Assembly: GCA_020184695.1 (NCBI GenBank)
Contig: JAANOX010000198.1
Location: 90,815-154,814 of the forward strand
DNA: 64,000 nucleotides
Direction: 5' to 3'
Source of the DNA: Histomonas meleagridis 2922-C6/04-290x
Taxonomy: Eukaryota > Protista > Parabasalia
The position numbers and the translations under genes are program-made. The notes beneath the pieces were generated by a model. It saw only the letters and a program-made list of their open reading frames with translations. It had not been told where the DNA came from and searched no databases. Each line of letters starts with the position of its first letter. The stretch's first letter is position 1. Shown here one piece after another: positions 1-11,402 of the stretch.

Positions 1-590
1 AAGCCATTCTGTGCATTGAGTAACATAAAATGAAATACAGACAACAAAACTGGAGGATGGATGAATCATTTGGGTTATTGAACCATCACTTAAATTAACA
101 ATAAAAATAGGCGCAAATGCTCCAGAAACTATTGCAAAGTCTACGCATAATTCAGAAATTGTCATCCTTTGACATCCATTCGGTAAAATTCGATCAAATT
201 TACGGATACAAATTCCATCAACAACACTCCACACACAAATTGTACCATCAAAAGATAAGGATGCGACTCCACATTTGATAATTGGAATCTTGCAATTTGC
301 AAATTGAACAATTTTTGTTCTATGTCCAAATGAGCATGAAATTGGCATTTCTCTGTCATGTAAAATAAAAAACCTTGCTATTTCCCCATAATATGATCCT
401 GCAAAAATTATTCCTTCAATATCTTCTTTGAAATCATATGCTTCTGTGGTAATATTACTAATTTCACACACATGTAGGGCTGAAATGTTGAATTTTAATG
501 GCTTCAAACGTTTCCAATCAACGAGGGAAACACTTAGATCAGGAACAGCCCACATAAATTTTTAGGGTACCCCCATTAACATGTTTAGAA
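1..590 (-). CDS. 5' part of a WD40-repeat protein (WDR7/WDR72-like N-terminus), frameshifted, running off the left edge
   Basis: Manual minus-strand translation gives ...CGVASLSFDGTICVWSVVDGICIRKF... (a WD40 repeat end) open to position 1. Upstream pieces (IIFAGSYYGEIARF; WAVPDLSVS) are in other frames. Start is uncertain. Confidence 0.45.
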
Positions 591-633
591 TTTATCCAAA
601 CAAACTTAGGCAATTCCAGACAAACAAAAAAAA

Positions 634-870
634 ATGGAAAACATCATCAACGAAAAGATTGATGAAATGGAAATCAAGACAAAAAAGGTTGAAATCAGAT
701 TAAACAACTATTTGAAAAGAAATAGTTTACCAATTTATACAAATTCTAAAATTGTAAAGAAATCAAATAAGACATGTTCCAGATATTTATCAGCTTTTGC
801 AGTACTGCTGATTGTCGTACTTGTTGTTATTGCCAGAAACTTTTTGAACTTCGATAGATTTATTTATTAA
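634..870 (+). CDS. small tail-anchored membrane protein, unknown function
   Basis: 78-aa ATG ORF with a charged N-terminus and a C-terminal hydrophobic segment (YLSAFAVLLIVVLVVIA). Confidence 0.5.
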   Translation: MENIINEKIDEMEIKTKKVEIRLNNYLKRNSLPIYTNSKIVKKSNKTCSRYLSAFAVLLIVVLVVIARNFLNFDRFIY

Positions 871-1177
871 ATATTAGATTTTAAAAAAATCAGTTTTTAT
901 TTTCAAGATATGCTTTCAGCTTCTGTAATTTTAAAGAAAGAATATTTAAAGCGTATAAATTTATTTCATTTTTGAATTAATTGTGTACTTTTATATACAT
1001 TCATTTTTTTAAATAAAAAGTAGCTTGAGTTGTGATTTGTTAGCAAGCAAAATGAGTTTGTTTTTTTTCATAACTTATGAGGAGGAGATTTTTAACTCGG
1101 TTCGAGTAAAATAAGAAAATCCTATCGTCATTGAAAGTATGAACATTTTTTTATAGAATCATATTCACAAGCCAAAA

Positions 1178-1654
1178 ATGGTCGAAGCTCCAATTGATAA
1201 ATCAAAGATACAATACCGTAGATATAAAGGAGAGGAAGAAATCCAAGCAATATTCAAAATAATTGATGAAGAGTTATCAGAACCATACGGTCTTTTTACT
1301 TATCGTTATTTCATGGATTGTTGCCCACAACATTGTTTAGTTGCTACATATAACGATGAAATTGTCGGTACTATAATAGGAAGAGAAACACCCAAAGAAA
1401 ACTTTAAAAAAGGATACATTGCAATGCTTGTTGTTCTTAAACAATACCGTAAATGCGGCATTGGAAGAAACCTTGCTGTCCAACTTATCAATGAAATGAA
1501 GAAAACATGCAAAGTTGTATCATTGGATGCTGAATATGATAATGTTCCAGCTCTTCATCTTTATGAATCATTAGGTTTTGTAAGAACAAAACGTCTTTTC
1601 AGGTATTATCTTAATGGCAACCAAGCATATCGTTTGAAAATATGGTTCCCATAA
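1178..1654 (+). CDS. NAA30: N-alpha-acetyltransferase 30 (NatC catalytic subunit, MAK3-like GNAT)
   Basis: LSEPYGLFTYRYF, GYIAMLVVLKQYRKCGIG and LYESLGFVRTKRLFRYYLNG match the Naa30/Mak3 signature. TCAC Inr-like motif just upstream. Confidence 0.9.
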   Translation: MVEAPIDKSKIQYRRYKGEEEIQAIFKIIDEELSEPYGLFTYRYFMDCCPQHCLVATYNDEIVGTIIGRETPKENFKKGYIAMLVVLKQYRKCGIGRNLAVQLINEMKKTCKVVSLDAEYDNVPALHLYESLGFVRTKRLFRYYLNGNQAYRLKIWFP

Positions 1655-1704
1655 AAAAATGAGTAAAACTAATAATGTGATAATTCACAAATAAAAAATG
1701 TTTT

Positions 1705-2283
1705 TTAAGCTCTCATATAGTTTAAGAGAAGGTTGTAATCATATGTTCCGTTGTCTTGATCAAATGCACGAGTTAATGTGATCGCTGCGTGTGGCGTAAT
1801 TTGAGGGACAAAACTATTAAAAATTGATTTAGCTTCATCAACACTAACAATACCAGTCTTTCTTTTATCGTATTCTTCAAAAAGTGCTCGAATGCTTTTT
1901 GTACTTTGCTGACAAATTGTAGTTAATTTCTCAACTATAAGTGTGATGTTTGCCTCAGGGAAATCATCAGGGTTTGCTTCCATAAGGTTGAATGTATGAG
2001 GTGCAGCATCAATTAATTCAAAAACGCGACCAGATACATGGATCTTGGCTCCAACATAAAATGATGAAGCATCAAAGAACTGATTAGTAACTGGATCCCT
2101 AAGGCGTGTTCTTTGAAGGAATTTACCAGCTCTAAATCCAGAATTAGGAACTTCCATTTCAAAAACAGCAATTGTTTTATCATAAAGATAAAATGATACA
2201 ACAAACTTACGTCTAAGATCTTCAGGGTACCTAGATTGCATTTTCGCAGAGAAGTTTAAAACTTGAGTTCTTTCGTCATCCAT
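1705..2283 (-). CDS. DM10-domain + EF-hand protein (EFHC/Rib72-like axonemal protein)
   Basis: RKFVVSFYLYDKTIAVFE...NSGFRAGKFLQR is a DM10 domain. C-terminal DKRKTGIVS and DQDNGTYDY resemble EF-hand loops. Confidence 0.8.
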   Translation of the reverse strand: MDDERTQVLNFSAKMQSRYPEDLRRKFVVSFYLYDKTIAVFEMEVPNSGFRAGKFLQRTRLRDPVTNQFFDASSFYVGAKIHVSGRVFELIDAAPHTFNLMEANPDDFPEANITLIVEKLTTICQQSTKSIRALFEEYDKRKTGIVSVDEAKSIFNSFVPQITPHAAITLTRAFDQDNGTYDYNLLLNYMRA

Positions 2284-2424
2284 TGGTTAATTTGAACTTT
2301 AACGTATTTTTTACACATTCTATTCAATAAAATTATCTTAACCAAATTTTGTTTTCTTATTTTTTATGAGCAATCTCCATAATTTCAATAATTTTTGGGC
2401 TTTAGAATTAAAAACAGATGTTTA

Positions 2425-2428
<4 letters not shown>

Positions 2429-2463
<35 letters not shown>
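2429..2463. repeat. (AT)n microsatellite
   Basis: About 35 bp of pure AT dinucleotide repeat. Confidence 0.95.
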
Positions 2464-2467
<4 letters not shown>

Positions 2468-3003
2468 TAATATAATTTTTTTTAGTTTTCATTCTGTTTT
2501 TAAGTTATACAAGACTTTCAATATTAATAGACCAGAGCAAGTTCAAAAATCTGTCTTTGCAATTTTTTATAATTCATTTGTTCTATAAATAGGATGATTC
2601 TTGAAACAATTTATTCATTTTTGGTAGTTAAGCATTTTTACTTTGATTCACAATAATTATCACATATCCATTTTTACTATAGTTTGCAGCTTTTGATTTG
2701 AGTGTTAGCGTTTATAGAACTCGTACGAGCACGTTCAATGAAGTGCAACATGTTATATTAATTTCATGTTAGCTTCAAATAACATAAATCTATTAAATTG
2801 TTATTGAACACATAAATTAAGAAAAACATGATTTACTTGTTCTTGGCGCATATGTAGAAATCAGAACAAAAATTTAACATATTAAAAATAATCCATACAA
2901 AAAAAATTTATTAATATTATGAAATAAATTAAAACAAATTAATATTGGCTGTATTACACAGAGTGAATAAGAATAAAAACAAATATTTTTCTAAATCAAC
3001 AAA

Positions 3004-3501
3004 TTAATGAATATCATCTAATACCAATCCATCATCTTCTTCAATTGTACCAGTTGGAGCACGATTAAGAGATAAATAACCAAATTGGAATTTAAAGAAG
3101 CTTCTCTGATACTTAGAAATTAGTATTAGCTGATAAATTCCAAATACAAAGAATTCTAAAAAATGTATAATTATCATTCCTATAATTACAATAAAGTCAA
3201 AAGCACTTCTGGTTTCAACAAAAAATATCCATAAAAAATCTAAGATTATCATTGGTATTGCTGTTAAAATTAAAAATGCAACAAATAACGGAACATTCCC
3301 AGTATTAAATCCTCTTGAAATTAAGAGTCTAAAGAATTCTACGACTGAAAATAATATAAATGTTAATAAAAATGTTTCATCATTAAATCTTACGAAGAGT
3401 AGGCAAAAAAAGATCACGAATATTGCAGCAAAATATATTTTGTTGATGGTGATGATTTCTTGTAAGAAGACAAGTCTTGGATCACCACCAAAGAGCTTCA
3501 T
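3004..3501 (-). CDS. multi-pass membrane protein, TMEM17/TMEM216-like
   Basis: 165 aa with four hydrophobic segments. VVEFFRLLISRGFN resembles the TMEM17/216 'E..RL..G..GN' motif. Confidence 0.55.
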   Translation of the reverse strand: MKLFGGDPRLVFLQEIITINKIYFAAIFVIFFCLLFVRFNDETFLLTFILFSVVEFFRLLISRGFNTGNVPLFVAFLILTAIPMIILDFLWIFFVETRSAFDFIVIIGMIIIHFLEFFVFGIYQLILISKYQRSFFKFQFGYLSLNRAPTGTIEEDDGLVLDDIH

Positions 3502-3737
3502 TGAAATCCCAGTTCTGATTGTACGTTAAAAAAATTCTATCGTTTATAAACGTTCGATCTAATTCTGATTGATTCTCGCATCCTTTTTATGAACATCAAT
3601 ACATATATGGACTTTATATGAAATTATTCATTTTGCTTTTTCAACCAAATAAGTTTTAAAAAAAGTTTATTATCAGAAAACGAGTGATTAAATGATTCAC
3701 TTGCTTAAAATTAAAATGAAAATAAAAAGGCAATATT

Positions 3738-4403
3738 TTATTCAGTCTTTTTGTTTTCATGGTTACCAATGATGATTGTGTGTTGTGGGTAGTCATTCTT
3801 AATAAGAAGGATTTTCAAGAACAATGAAAAAACTGTGATATATTGGAATACAGCGCCAAGGCTGTACATTCGCTTAGATTTCCTGAAAACTTGGATGAGA
3901 ATAAGATAAGAAATTGCAATCAGAAATGAAATATATGGAAGTGCAAATGAAAATGATTTGACTTTGATGCCTGCCTTTCGAGCGAGAATATCAGTGATTA
4001 TAAAGTATATTAAAATTGTTAAAAAGAATACATTTGCTGAATGAATGTGTATGTAAAAATGATCTTTAAGTGTAACATTTGCTATTGTTGCTAAGCTAAT
4101 ACATATTACAGGAATCATGCATGATGTAATGCTAAGAAGGATGCTTTTCTTGTTCATGCAACTACGAATAATTTTTTGACGAAGGCTGAACAAAATAAAA
4201 CCAACAAACGCTGTAATATTCATTCCTATTACAAAAATTCTGCTTTGAGGAAAGCTATTAACAGTTTCTGATATTGTCTTTATTGGGAACAAATTGTGTT
4301 TAGAATAAAAAATGACCCAACTTATTATGATTGATGAGGACGCAAATATTGTTACAAAGTAATATAATGGGTTAAGTGATTTAATATTTACTGTTATAGG
4401 CAT
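3738..4403 (-). CDS. Frag1/DRAM/Sfk1-family multi-pass membrane protein
   Basis: PIKTISET...PQSRIF and IHIHSANVFF motifs with about six TM segments. First ATG is at 4403; the track's start at 4481 is a TTG. Confidence 0.65.
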   Translation of the reverse strand: MPITVNIKSLNPLYYFVTIFASSSIIISWVIFYSKHNLFPIKTISETVNSFPQSRIFVIGMNITAFVGFILFSLRQKIIRSCMNKKSILLSITSCMIPVICISLATIANVTLKDHFYIHIHSANVFFLTILIYFIITDILARKAGIKVKSFSFALPYISFLIAISYLILIQVFRKSKRMYSLGAVFQYITVFSLFLKILLIKNDYPQHTIIIGNHENKKTE

Positions 4404-5075
4404 TTGAAATTTGGCAGAAAATAGATTTGGAGCACCCCAATAGAAAAATTGATCGTTCGGCCAAACAACGGTTCGTTCCAAATTTTTAATTCAAAATGTG
4501 TTACATAATCTTTACAAACACATGTAAAAGGGAATCAGAAGTTTAGATTTGATGTTAGTTAATTATAGTTTTATTATGATAGACTATAAAATTCATGATT
4601 TCACTTTTTGTAAGGGAAACATCACATGATATTTTTCTTCTGAATAACTGCCTAATCCTGTGTTGCCCATATACTTTTCCCAACGGCCTCTTACAACGTA
4701 GGTCCCATCACCGTGAGAATGCATTTTATATTCAGCGCTTTCAAGTGCCCCATTGATTTTGACTAAAAGATGATCAAGCAATTTTTTGACGATCGAAAAG
4801 CACGGAAAAAGCCATTTTCAACGGTTAATAATATGAAAAAGTAAATCTTTTTGATAAAAATGCCGGCTCCTCTCAAAATGGCAGACGTTTGTGTCAAAAA
4901 TGACGTTGAACCGCATATTATTATCAAAAAGTGAAAACATCAAAAATTTGATAACTTGTTTGTCAATTATTTCAAATTTTGAATAATTAGAAATGGTTGA
5001 ATTATAATTCAATTGATATGGCATTTTTTTCCTACCTAAAACACAGTTAAAGCCATTTATCAGTTCACAAATCAA

Positions 5076-6191
5076 ATGTTCTTCCTCCTTATTGTTTGTT
5101 CTTTATCAGATTTCCAACGTATTGTTTTCACAAAGAATCTTGATGAATGCAAACCTGAAATACGAGAAGAAGAATTGAAGTTGGATTGCACAAGTATATC
5201 ATCTGAAATTTTTTGTGATAACTATATCGAATATCTTAAAGTATCAAACGATAACACTGTTTGCGAATTTGATAATTCAAAGCTCTCAAAGATTGAGAGT
5301 TTGGTAAAATCGGATTTTGTATCAATAATTCCGATGTACTCATATTCGGAGGAAATTGGTGACTTTTCAAGTATTTCTGGAAAACATAGTGTATGGATTG
5401 GATCATCTAATGGTACCTTTGCCAGTGCTGATGTTTCAAATTCAATTCCACTTCTTGTTTTCGAAGGGTCTCGTTATAAATTTAAAGGGAAATTCAAGGG
5501 CGATCACATAGTATTTTATAATCTTAATTCTCATTCATTTAACATAAATGATATTGAAGCAAATCATATTTATAGTGATGATCTTTCTTTAATTAAAGCA
5601 TCTAATGCAAAAGAAAAAACATACATTGTGGGAAAACTCGAAAAGATTGTAGTTAGCGACGATACTTATACAATACACACTCCAGGAGGATTTACGGATA
5701 CATTATCATCAGATATTTCGATTATGGTAGATCCATATCCCATATCATCATATAATATTGAAATTGAACAAGAAAAAGGAATAAGTTCTGCTAAAACATT
5801 AAAAATATTATTTGAAGAACCAGAAATAGCATTTAATTCTAATCTTTATGGTAATTCATATATACTTGAGAAAGGAGATAAAATTAAAGATATTGACAAA
5901 CTCATTGAAGCAAAAGTTGGATTTGATTTTAAAGGTGATTGGGATAATTTAAAGGATTTTAAGTTGGATTTAACAATTTATACATCAAGTAAAGATAAAA
6001 TCGATACTTCTGGCATTCCAAATTCTGTTTCATATGAAATAAAAGAAGATGACACATTTGGGAAAGCAGATAATGGCTTATCGAAAGGTATAATAGCTGT
6101 CATTGTCGTAGTTGTTGTTGTTGTTGTAATAATTATTGTTGTTGTCATTATTATCGTCATTAAAAAGAAGAAGAAGCAGAGTTCAAGTTAA
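5076..6191 (+). CDS. type I surface membrane protein, trichomonad-specific hypothetical
   Basis: Short hydrophobic N-terminus MFFLLIVCS. C-terminal GLSKGIIAVIVVVVVVVV..KKKKKQ is a TM segment plus a basic stop-transfer. Confidence 0.8.
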   Translation: MFFLLIVCSLSDFQRIVFTKNLDECKPEIREEELKLDCTSISSEIFCDNYIEYLKVSNDNTVCEFDNSKLSKIESLVKSDFVSIIPMYSYSEEIGDFSSISGKHSVWIGSSNGTFASADVSNSIPLLVFEGSRYKFKGKFKGDHIVFYNLNSHSFNINDIEANHIYSDDLSLIKASNAKEKTYIVGKLEKIVVSDDTYTIHTPGGFTDTLSSDISIMVDPYPISSYNIEIEQEKGISSAKTLKILFEEPEIAFNSNLYGNSYILEKGDKIKDIDKLIEAKVGFDFKGDWDNLKDFKLDLTIYTSSKDKIDTSGIPNSVSYEIKEDDTFGKADNGLSKGIIAVIVVVVVVVVIIIVVVIIIVIKKKKKQSSS

Positions 6192-6581
6192 ATACCTTAA
6201 ATAAAAACTGAATTCATTTTAATTGTTAAACAAAAAGATAGTATTTGAATAATAAATTACAGAAGTACATTCTGAAATGAGGTTAACCAAAGTTGGCAAA
6301 TACTTGGAAATGATAAAAAATAAATTAATGTGATACATATATTACTACAATGTATGAAATGTGTGATTTCAGTATGAATCTCGAAAATGTAATAATATTC
6401 TCAGAAAAGATTTTACTGTTAAAAAAATATTTATTTAATAAATTCTATAAGAAAATAACAATTGTTTAATTACAAAATATTTATTTCAAACGCAAAACAC
6501 ATTGTTTTAATATACAAATTACTATATATCTTAAATTTCTATGATCGAAGTAATATAACAAAACTACTTCAACTCCTAAAT

Positions 6582-8000
6582 TTATTTAATCCATTGATCA
6601 TCATCTTCATCCATAATTTCTGCGATACCATTGGTAGTCTCATTAACTTCGCTTATTTGATCTGATGGACATTGTTCTTTATTTGATAATGAATGTGTTT
6701 CATAATGTTTTTTGTGCTTAATGACAAAATATGTAAATCCTATAATCAGTAAAACAACTGCAAATGATCCACATATTATTCCAATTAATACTTTAATAGG
6801 AAGCGATTCGTTTTGTTGGGGGTTGATTTTAATCATTGTATAAAAATTAGAATAAAAATGATAAAGTGAAGAATAATAAATAATTGTATATTCATATGAA
6901 ATAATATACGTTGGATAATAATAATATTGAGAGTTATTTAATGAAATTGTTATAGTACTTATGTATTTTGCAAAAAAAGAAATATGTTCAGTAACTGAAA
7001 ACGAATTTATCAAAACAAAAGAATGTGTAATTGTCATGTCATTTGATAGCGAAGCAGTAAATGTGTTTGACTTAGTAAAAGTATTACTTTGGATAAATGA
7101 ATTTGATCTTGAAAATGTATTTGATTTTGAAAATGTTTTAGAAAATGTATTTGAATATGAAAATGTTTGTGTTGGCCAAGGAAGACATTCATCAATTGTT
7201 ATTCCTTTGGAAACATTTAAACCGCCAAAAGTTTCATTTGAATATGTTTCCTTTGTCATCACTGATTTAGCTGCAATTCCAACAAAAGTATTTCACCATA
7301 AAAATAAATACATTTAAGAGAGAAACATGATGAAAATGCATCAGAGCCAATTGAATCAACATTTTCTCCAATAAAAATTGTTTCAACCGAAATACAATTT
7401 CGAAATGAATATTGTTCAATATAAGTAATTGAATTTGGAATATGAAATGTTTTTGTTGAATTTCCAATTGGATAAAGAATTAGTTTTGTAATATTTTTAT
7501 TGTATAAAACGCCATCATTTTCATAATTAGAAAAATATAAATTTTCTTCTGAAACTTTAATAAATTGAAGACTTCTGCAATTTTCAAATGAACTTGATGA
7601 CATTGAAGAAACAGAACTTGGAATATATATGTTTTTCAAATTTATACAATCTGAGAAAGCACTTTGTCCAATAGAAGTTAATGATTTTGGAAATGTGATT
7701 TGAGTCATTTGGCATTTATAAAACGCTTGTAAACCTATTTCTGTTAAATTTGCTCCAAATTCGACTGTTTCCAATTTAGAACAATTACAAAATGACATCA
7801 TTCCAATTGTTTTTACTGAATCACCAATTTGTACATATGATAATAAAGGCCATAAGTAGAAAGCAAAATCACCAACTTCTTCAACGCCATTAATTACAAC
7901 ATGCTCAGTAACATCCTTATAATCACATGTAAATTCACTTGGTTGAGTTATATTAAGTGTTTTTGTTGAATTATTAAATGTTTGCGACGTATTAATGAAA
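6582..8000 (-). pseudogene. BspA-like LRR surface protein, frameshifted or start-less (LRR part ~7262-8000; stalk, TM and tail 6582-7262)
   Basis: TpLRR repeats (IGDSVKTIGMMSFCNCSKLETVEFG, FPKSLTSIGQSAFSDC) are followed in another frame by SNTF repeats and TM LIGIICGSFAVVLLIIGF. The expected ATG after the TCATTT Inr reads ATT. Confidence 0.75.
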
Positions 8001-8627
8001 AATATAAAAATTAAAAATGAAATAATATGTTTATCTTTGCTATAGGTATATTTAATAAAATAATTTCCTGCTAAACTATTAAAAGTAAAGAAAATAATTA
8101 CAAAATCATATGAAACGATGGTTAAAAATATTATCACTTTGGAAGAAAAAATATTTGAAACTGCTATTGAAAAAGAATGTAAGAATCCATTAGCTTTTGG
8201 ATTATGAAACTTGTGTAAATTATCTGATAAAAATGCATTAAAAAATAATAATTTTTCCAAAAAATTGATATTATGATAATACTTTACTGTTTTAATGTGT
8301 TCTATGTGTTTTTCTGTTGATTGTATAATAGATATAATATTAATATGATGAATTCCTTTTATGCTTTGAAGATTAGTTCCTTTTTTGTCCATAATTAAAT
8401 GAATGTCATGTAACAGATGTTGAACTATACCTACGAACATCGTTACTATCAACAATTGAAGATACTTAGAGTATATCATGCTTTTTTTTTCTTTATGACT
8501 TTCTTGAATTAACCCAATTTGTTCTGAATTTTTCTGTTGTTATCCTAGGATTTAACGCAGTTATTCACAAATATTTGTGAGAATGCCGATTATTTTCAAT
8601 GTAAATTTTGTGCAAACGATCTTGGCA

Positions 8628-9872
8628 ATGGAGTCAATAACCGGAATCGTTTGGTGCAAAACAGAAATTGTTAATGAAGTTAAATCGTGGATTGTATCAC
8701 AATTTAATAACATTATATGGACTTATCTAAAGCCAACTCTCACAGGACCAATATCATCAACTTCTTTTTCGCGTTTAAATTTTGGGATTATTGATAGTGG
8801 TGATATACAAGACGAGGAATGTGTAACAAAAGTACTTATGTCATTGTGCAAAGCCTACCCTGATATTACATTCAAAATTAAAACAGCAGAAGGTGATTTT
8901 TTAATGTTTGAAACAGCTCAACTCGTCGATGAATCAGTCACAATTCCTGATCAAACTTCTGTTGTTCATAACGGGGAGTTACATCATGTCGATGATTCGA
9001 TTTCATCATTTCCAGATCTTCCTATGCATCTGAACGACGAAACAAAGTTCGAATCCAAAGTACAAACAGCATTTCAAGCGTTTATATCACAGATTAATTC
9101 CACAAATTTTTATCAATACAAAAATTTATTCATTCCAGAAGATCTCAAGAAACTACTTATATATGATCCCAAACTCATCTCCACCATCATACGTAAGTCC
9201 AGTTTTTCCAAGAGCGTTGACTTTCGGCGATATACATATTGTGAGCATTCGATCAAATTTCGGAAGTATCAATTTGCGTATTTAGATTCTATGGATGTCA
9301 GAGTTCCTCGATCATTTGGATTGCTTTGTCCAACCCAAAATCGGTCGCTTCGTTACATTCGTTTTTCATTTCTTCTTACAGTCGGATATCATAACAGCGA
9401 AGAAGAACTTTCGAATGAAATAAAACGATCGCAAAACATAAAAACGGAAGAAACGCAACATGAAGATGATGACGAAAGTTGGCTCAATGATTTCCAAAAG
9501 CCAGAGTACAGTTTCGAAGACATTGGGACGCAAATGGCTGAACGCGTTGGTGAATTCATGAAAGAGATTTCGCAATTTGACTCTGTTGAAGCAGACGGTC
9601 CGATAAACTTTGATTTCGACTCGTACAAATCGAAACTTGAACATTTCCTTGACAGTAGTAGTGATGAAGAGGAAGAAGAAGATGACTATGAAGAAGACGA
9701 ACTTTTGGAGCATTTGGAAGACGAAGATGAGAAAATACTTCGGAAAGTCGCCGATGGGAAGATGAATGCGAACGAATATGTTTCGAGTTTTCTTGAGCAG
9801 TCTTATGAAACGCAGCCAATCGATAGCGGGCCCACTAGTGATCTGATGCAATTATTTAACCTTCGAAAATAA
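8628..9872 (+). CDS. ECD: Ecdysoneless/SGT1-family protein
   Basis: NFGIIDSGDIQDEECV...EGDFLMFETA...VVHNGELH match the ECD/SGT1 N-terminus, followed by DDDESWL and an acidic tail. ATG at 8628. Confidence 0.75.
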   Translation: MESITGIVWCKTEIVNEVKSWIVSQFNNIIWTYLKPTLTGPISSTSFSRLNFGIIDSGDIQDEECVTKVLMSLCKAYPDITFKIKTAEGDFLMFETAQLVDESVTIPDQTSVVHNGELHHVDDSISSFPDLPMHLNDETKFESKVQTAFQAFISQINSTNFYQYKNLFIPEDLKKLLIYDPKLISTIIRKSSFSKSVDFRRYTYCEHSIKFRKYQFAYLDSMDVRVPRSFGLLCPTQNRSLRYIRFSFLLTVGYHNSEEELSNEIKRSQNIKTEETQHEDDDESWLNDFQKPEYSFEDIGTQMAERVGEFMKEISQFDSVEADGPINFDFDSYKSKLEHFLDSSSDEEEEEDDYEEDELLEHLEDEDEKILRKVADGKMNANEYVSSFLEQSYETQPIDSGPTSDLMQLFNLRK

Positions 9873-10973
9873 CGATTTTGTGCGTGGCTGAAATTCTTTT
9901 GTTGGGTTATGTATTGTAATTGTTGATAAATCTTTTTGCTGACGAGTTATAATGTTCGCTTTGTCTTCATTTGGTATGGAGAGAAGCATTTGATTCCGGA
10001 AATTGATTAACGTATCAAATGTTCGACGTTGTTCTTGTGTTGTGTATCGCATAGTTACGTCAATGCATTCAGATTCGCTTAATGAAATTACATATTTAAT
10101 TTGCGTGTTCCATCCTTTTTCATAGAGTAATGGATTATCGATTTGGTTCTCATATGGATCAAGATGGATAAACCGATCTAATGATTCGTCCCAAAATTCA
10201 AGCCAAAACAACCGAGCACTGACACCAGTGACTCGAATGATGTAACGAAGGGATTTCAATAGGGACCCAAATAAAATATTGAATTCGAGCCTATCGCCAA
10301 TTGGATTTTCAATGAGCGTTTGAATTTTTGTGTAGCGAGGATAACGTTCGCCAGAATGACAAGTCGGGCAGCGTAAAACAGACGTTATAAAGGCACCTTT
10401 TCCGAGTTCATCCTTGGTTGGTAAGGAATTTTTCTCAAAAATAAGAGCGGTGTTGCAACGCTTACAATTGAGTGATGTAACTTTGTGGAAAAATTCATTG
10501 GTAAACCAATCAAGAATTTCTTGTACGTGTGAAATGCTAGAGCTTTCTTGGAAAAATTGGCTTGGAAGAATTGATGTTGTGACTGCGTTAGAATAATCAT
10601 CAGAAATATTTTTGAAGTATGTGGATAAAAAGGATATTGTTTTCAAAACTTTGACTGATTCTGGATCTAGCTCAGATGATTCGTATATGATTGAGGGAAA
10701 TAATTTCGATGAATAATTTTTGATTGCTTGATACTCGAAATTTTCAAAAATTTCTACATTAGAAACAAATGGATTAAAAACTACTGACAAAACTTCAGGG
10801 CAAAAATAATGCATTTTGTCTGTATACAATGAATAACTTGGATATGTTTTTTCGAATTTAAAGTAAGAAGATATTTCATGAAATAAATCAACCAATGTCA
10901 TATGCTCAAACTCAGATGGTGAAAACTTTCTGGTGAGCTTCTTAGATTTATAAGTTAGAGTAACAGCCCTCAT
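9852..10973 (-). CDS. peptide:N-glycanase (PNGase/NGLY1)-like transglutaminase-fold protein, probably catalytically dead
   Basis: WFTNEFF, CKRC...CPTC zinc motifs, ERYPRY and IHLDPYEN.IDNPLLYEKGW match the PNGase core. The catalytic Cys and His positions are replaced. Confidence 0.8.
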   Translation of the reverse strand: MRAVTLTYKSKKLTRKFSPSEFEHMTLVDLFHEISSYFKFEKTYPSYSLYTDKMHYFCPEVLSVVFNPFVSNVEIFENFEYQAIKNYSSKLFPSIIYESSELDPESVKVLKTISFLSTYFKNISDDYSNAVTTSILPSQFFQESSSISHVQEILDWFTNEFFHKVTSLNCKRCNTALIFEKNSLPTKDELGKGAFITSVLRCPTCHSGERYPRYTKIQTLIENPIGDRLEFNILFGSLLKSLRYIIRVTGVSARLFWLEFWDESLDRFIHLDPYENQIDNPLLYEKGWNTQIKYVISLSESECIDVTMRYTTQEQRRTFDTLINFRNQMLLSIPNEDKANIITRQQKDLSTITIHNPTKEFQPRTKSLFSKVK

Positions 10974-11239
10974 TTTGTGGAACGTTGAGGTGCAAGGCAG
11001 CCACTTTTATGTCAAACAAAGTTACTCAATCAGTGAAATCATTAAACGGTCAAACTTCACTATTGTGAACTGAACATTAAAGAACGTTAAAAAAAATTTC
11101 AAGACCCAACCAATTTTTAGCTTTTTGCATAGTTTATTTAGGTAAAAAATCGAACCTGAAGTTTCGTACATACAAATTTGTCCTTAAGAACTTAGCTTAC
11201 CAAAACAAATAAACTGTTGACAAAACCATTGGGGAATCA

Positions 11240-11402
11240 GGTAAGGTAAGAATCTTGCAATTTGTGTTTAAAACTTTTATCCAAATCGTAATCAAAATCT
11301 TAAAACAACAAAGTTGTGCCAACTATTAATCAAGTTGAATGTCATCCATTTTGTCAAAAGATCGAAGCCATAAAGCATATGGAAGAATTGAGATACAAAT
11401 AA
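11240..11402 (+). pseudogene. aldo-keto reductase fragment
   Basis: GKVR..., (frameshift) V*NFYPNR..., KVVPTINQVECHPF match the AKR motifs GKVRAIGVSNF and PAVNQVECHP. Confidence 0.65.

Noticed and set aside
4593-4820. Small minus-strand ORF (HSHGDGTYVVRGRWEK)
   Set aside because: It may be a gene fragment, but it has no ATG start and no recognisable family, so support is insufficient for a call.
9366-9851. Antisense ORFs overlapping ECD; likewise those overlapping the asparaginase, BUB1, the golgin and the flippase
   Set aside because: They lie opposite or within well-supported genes and have no recognisable motifs.
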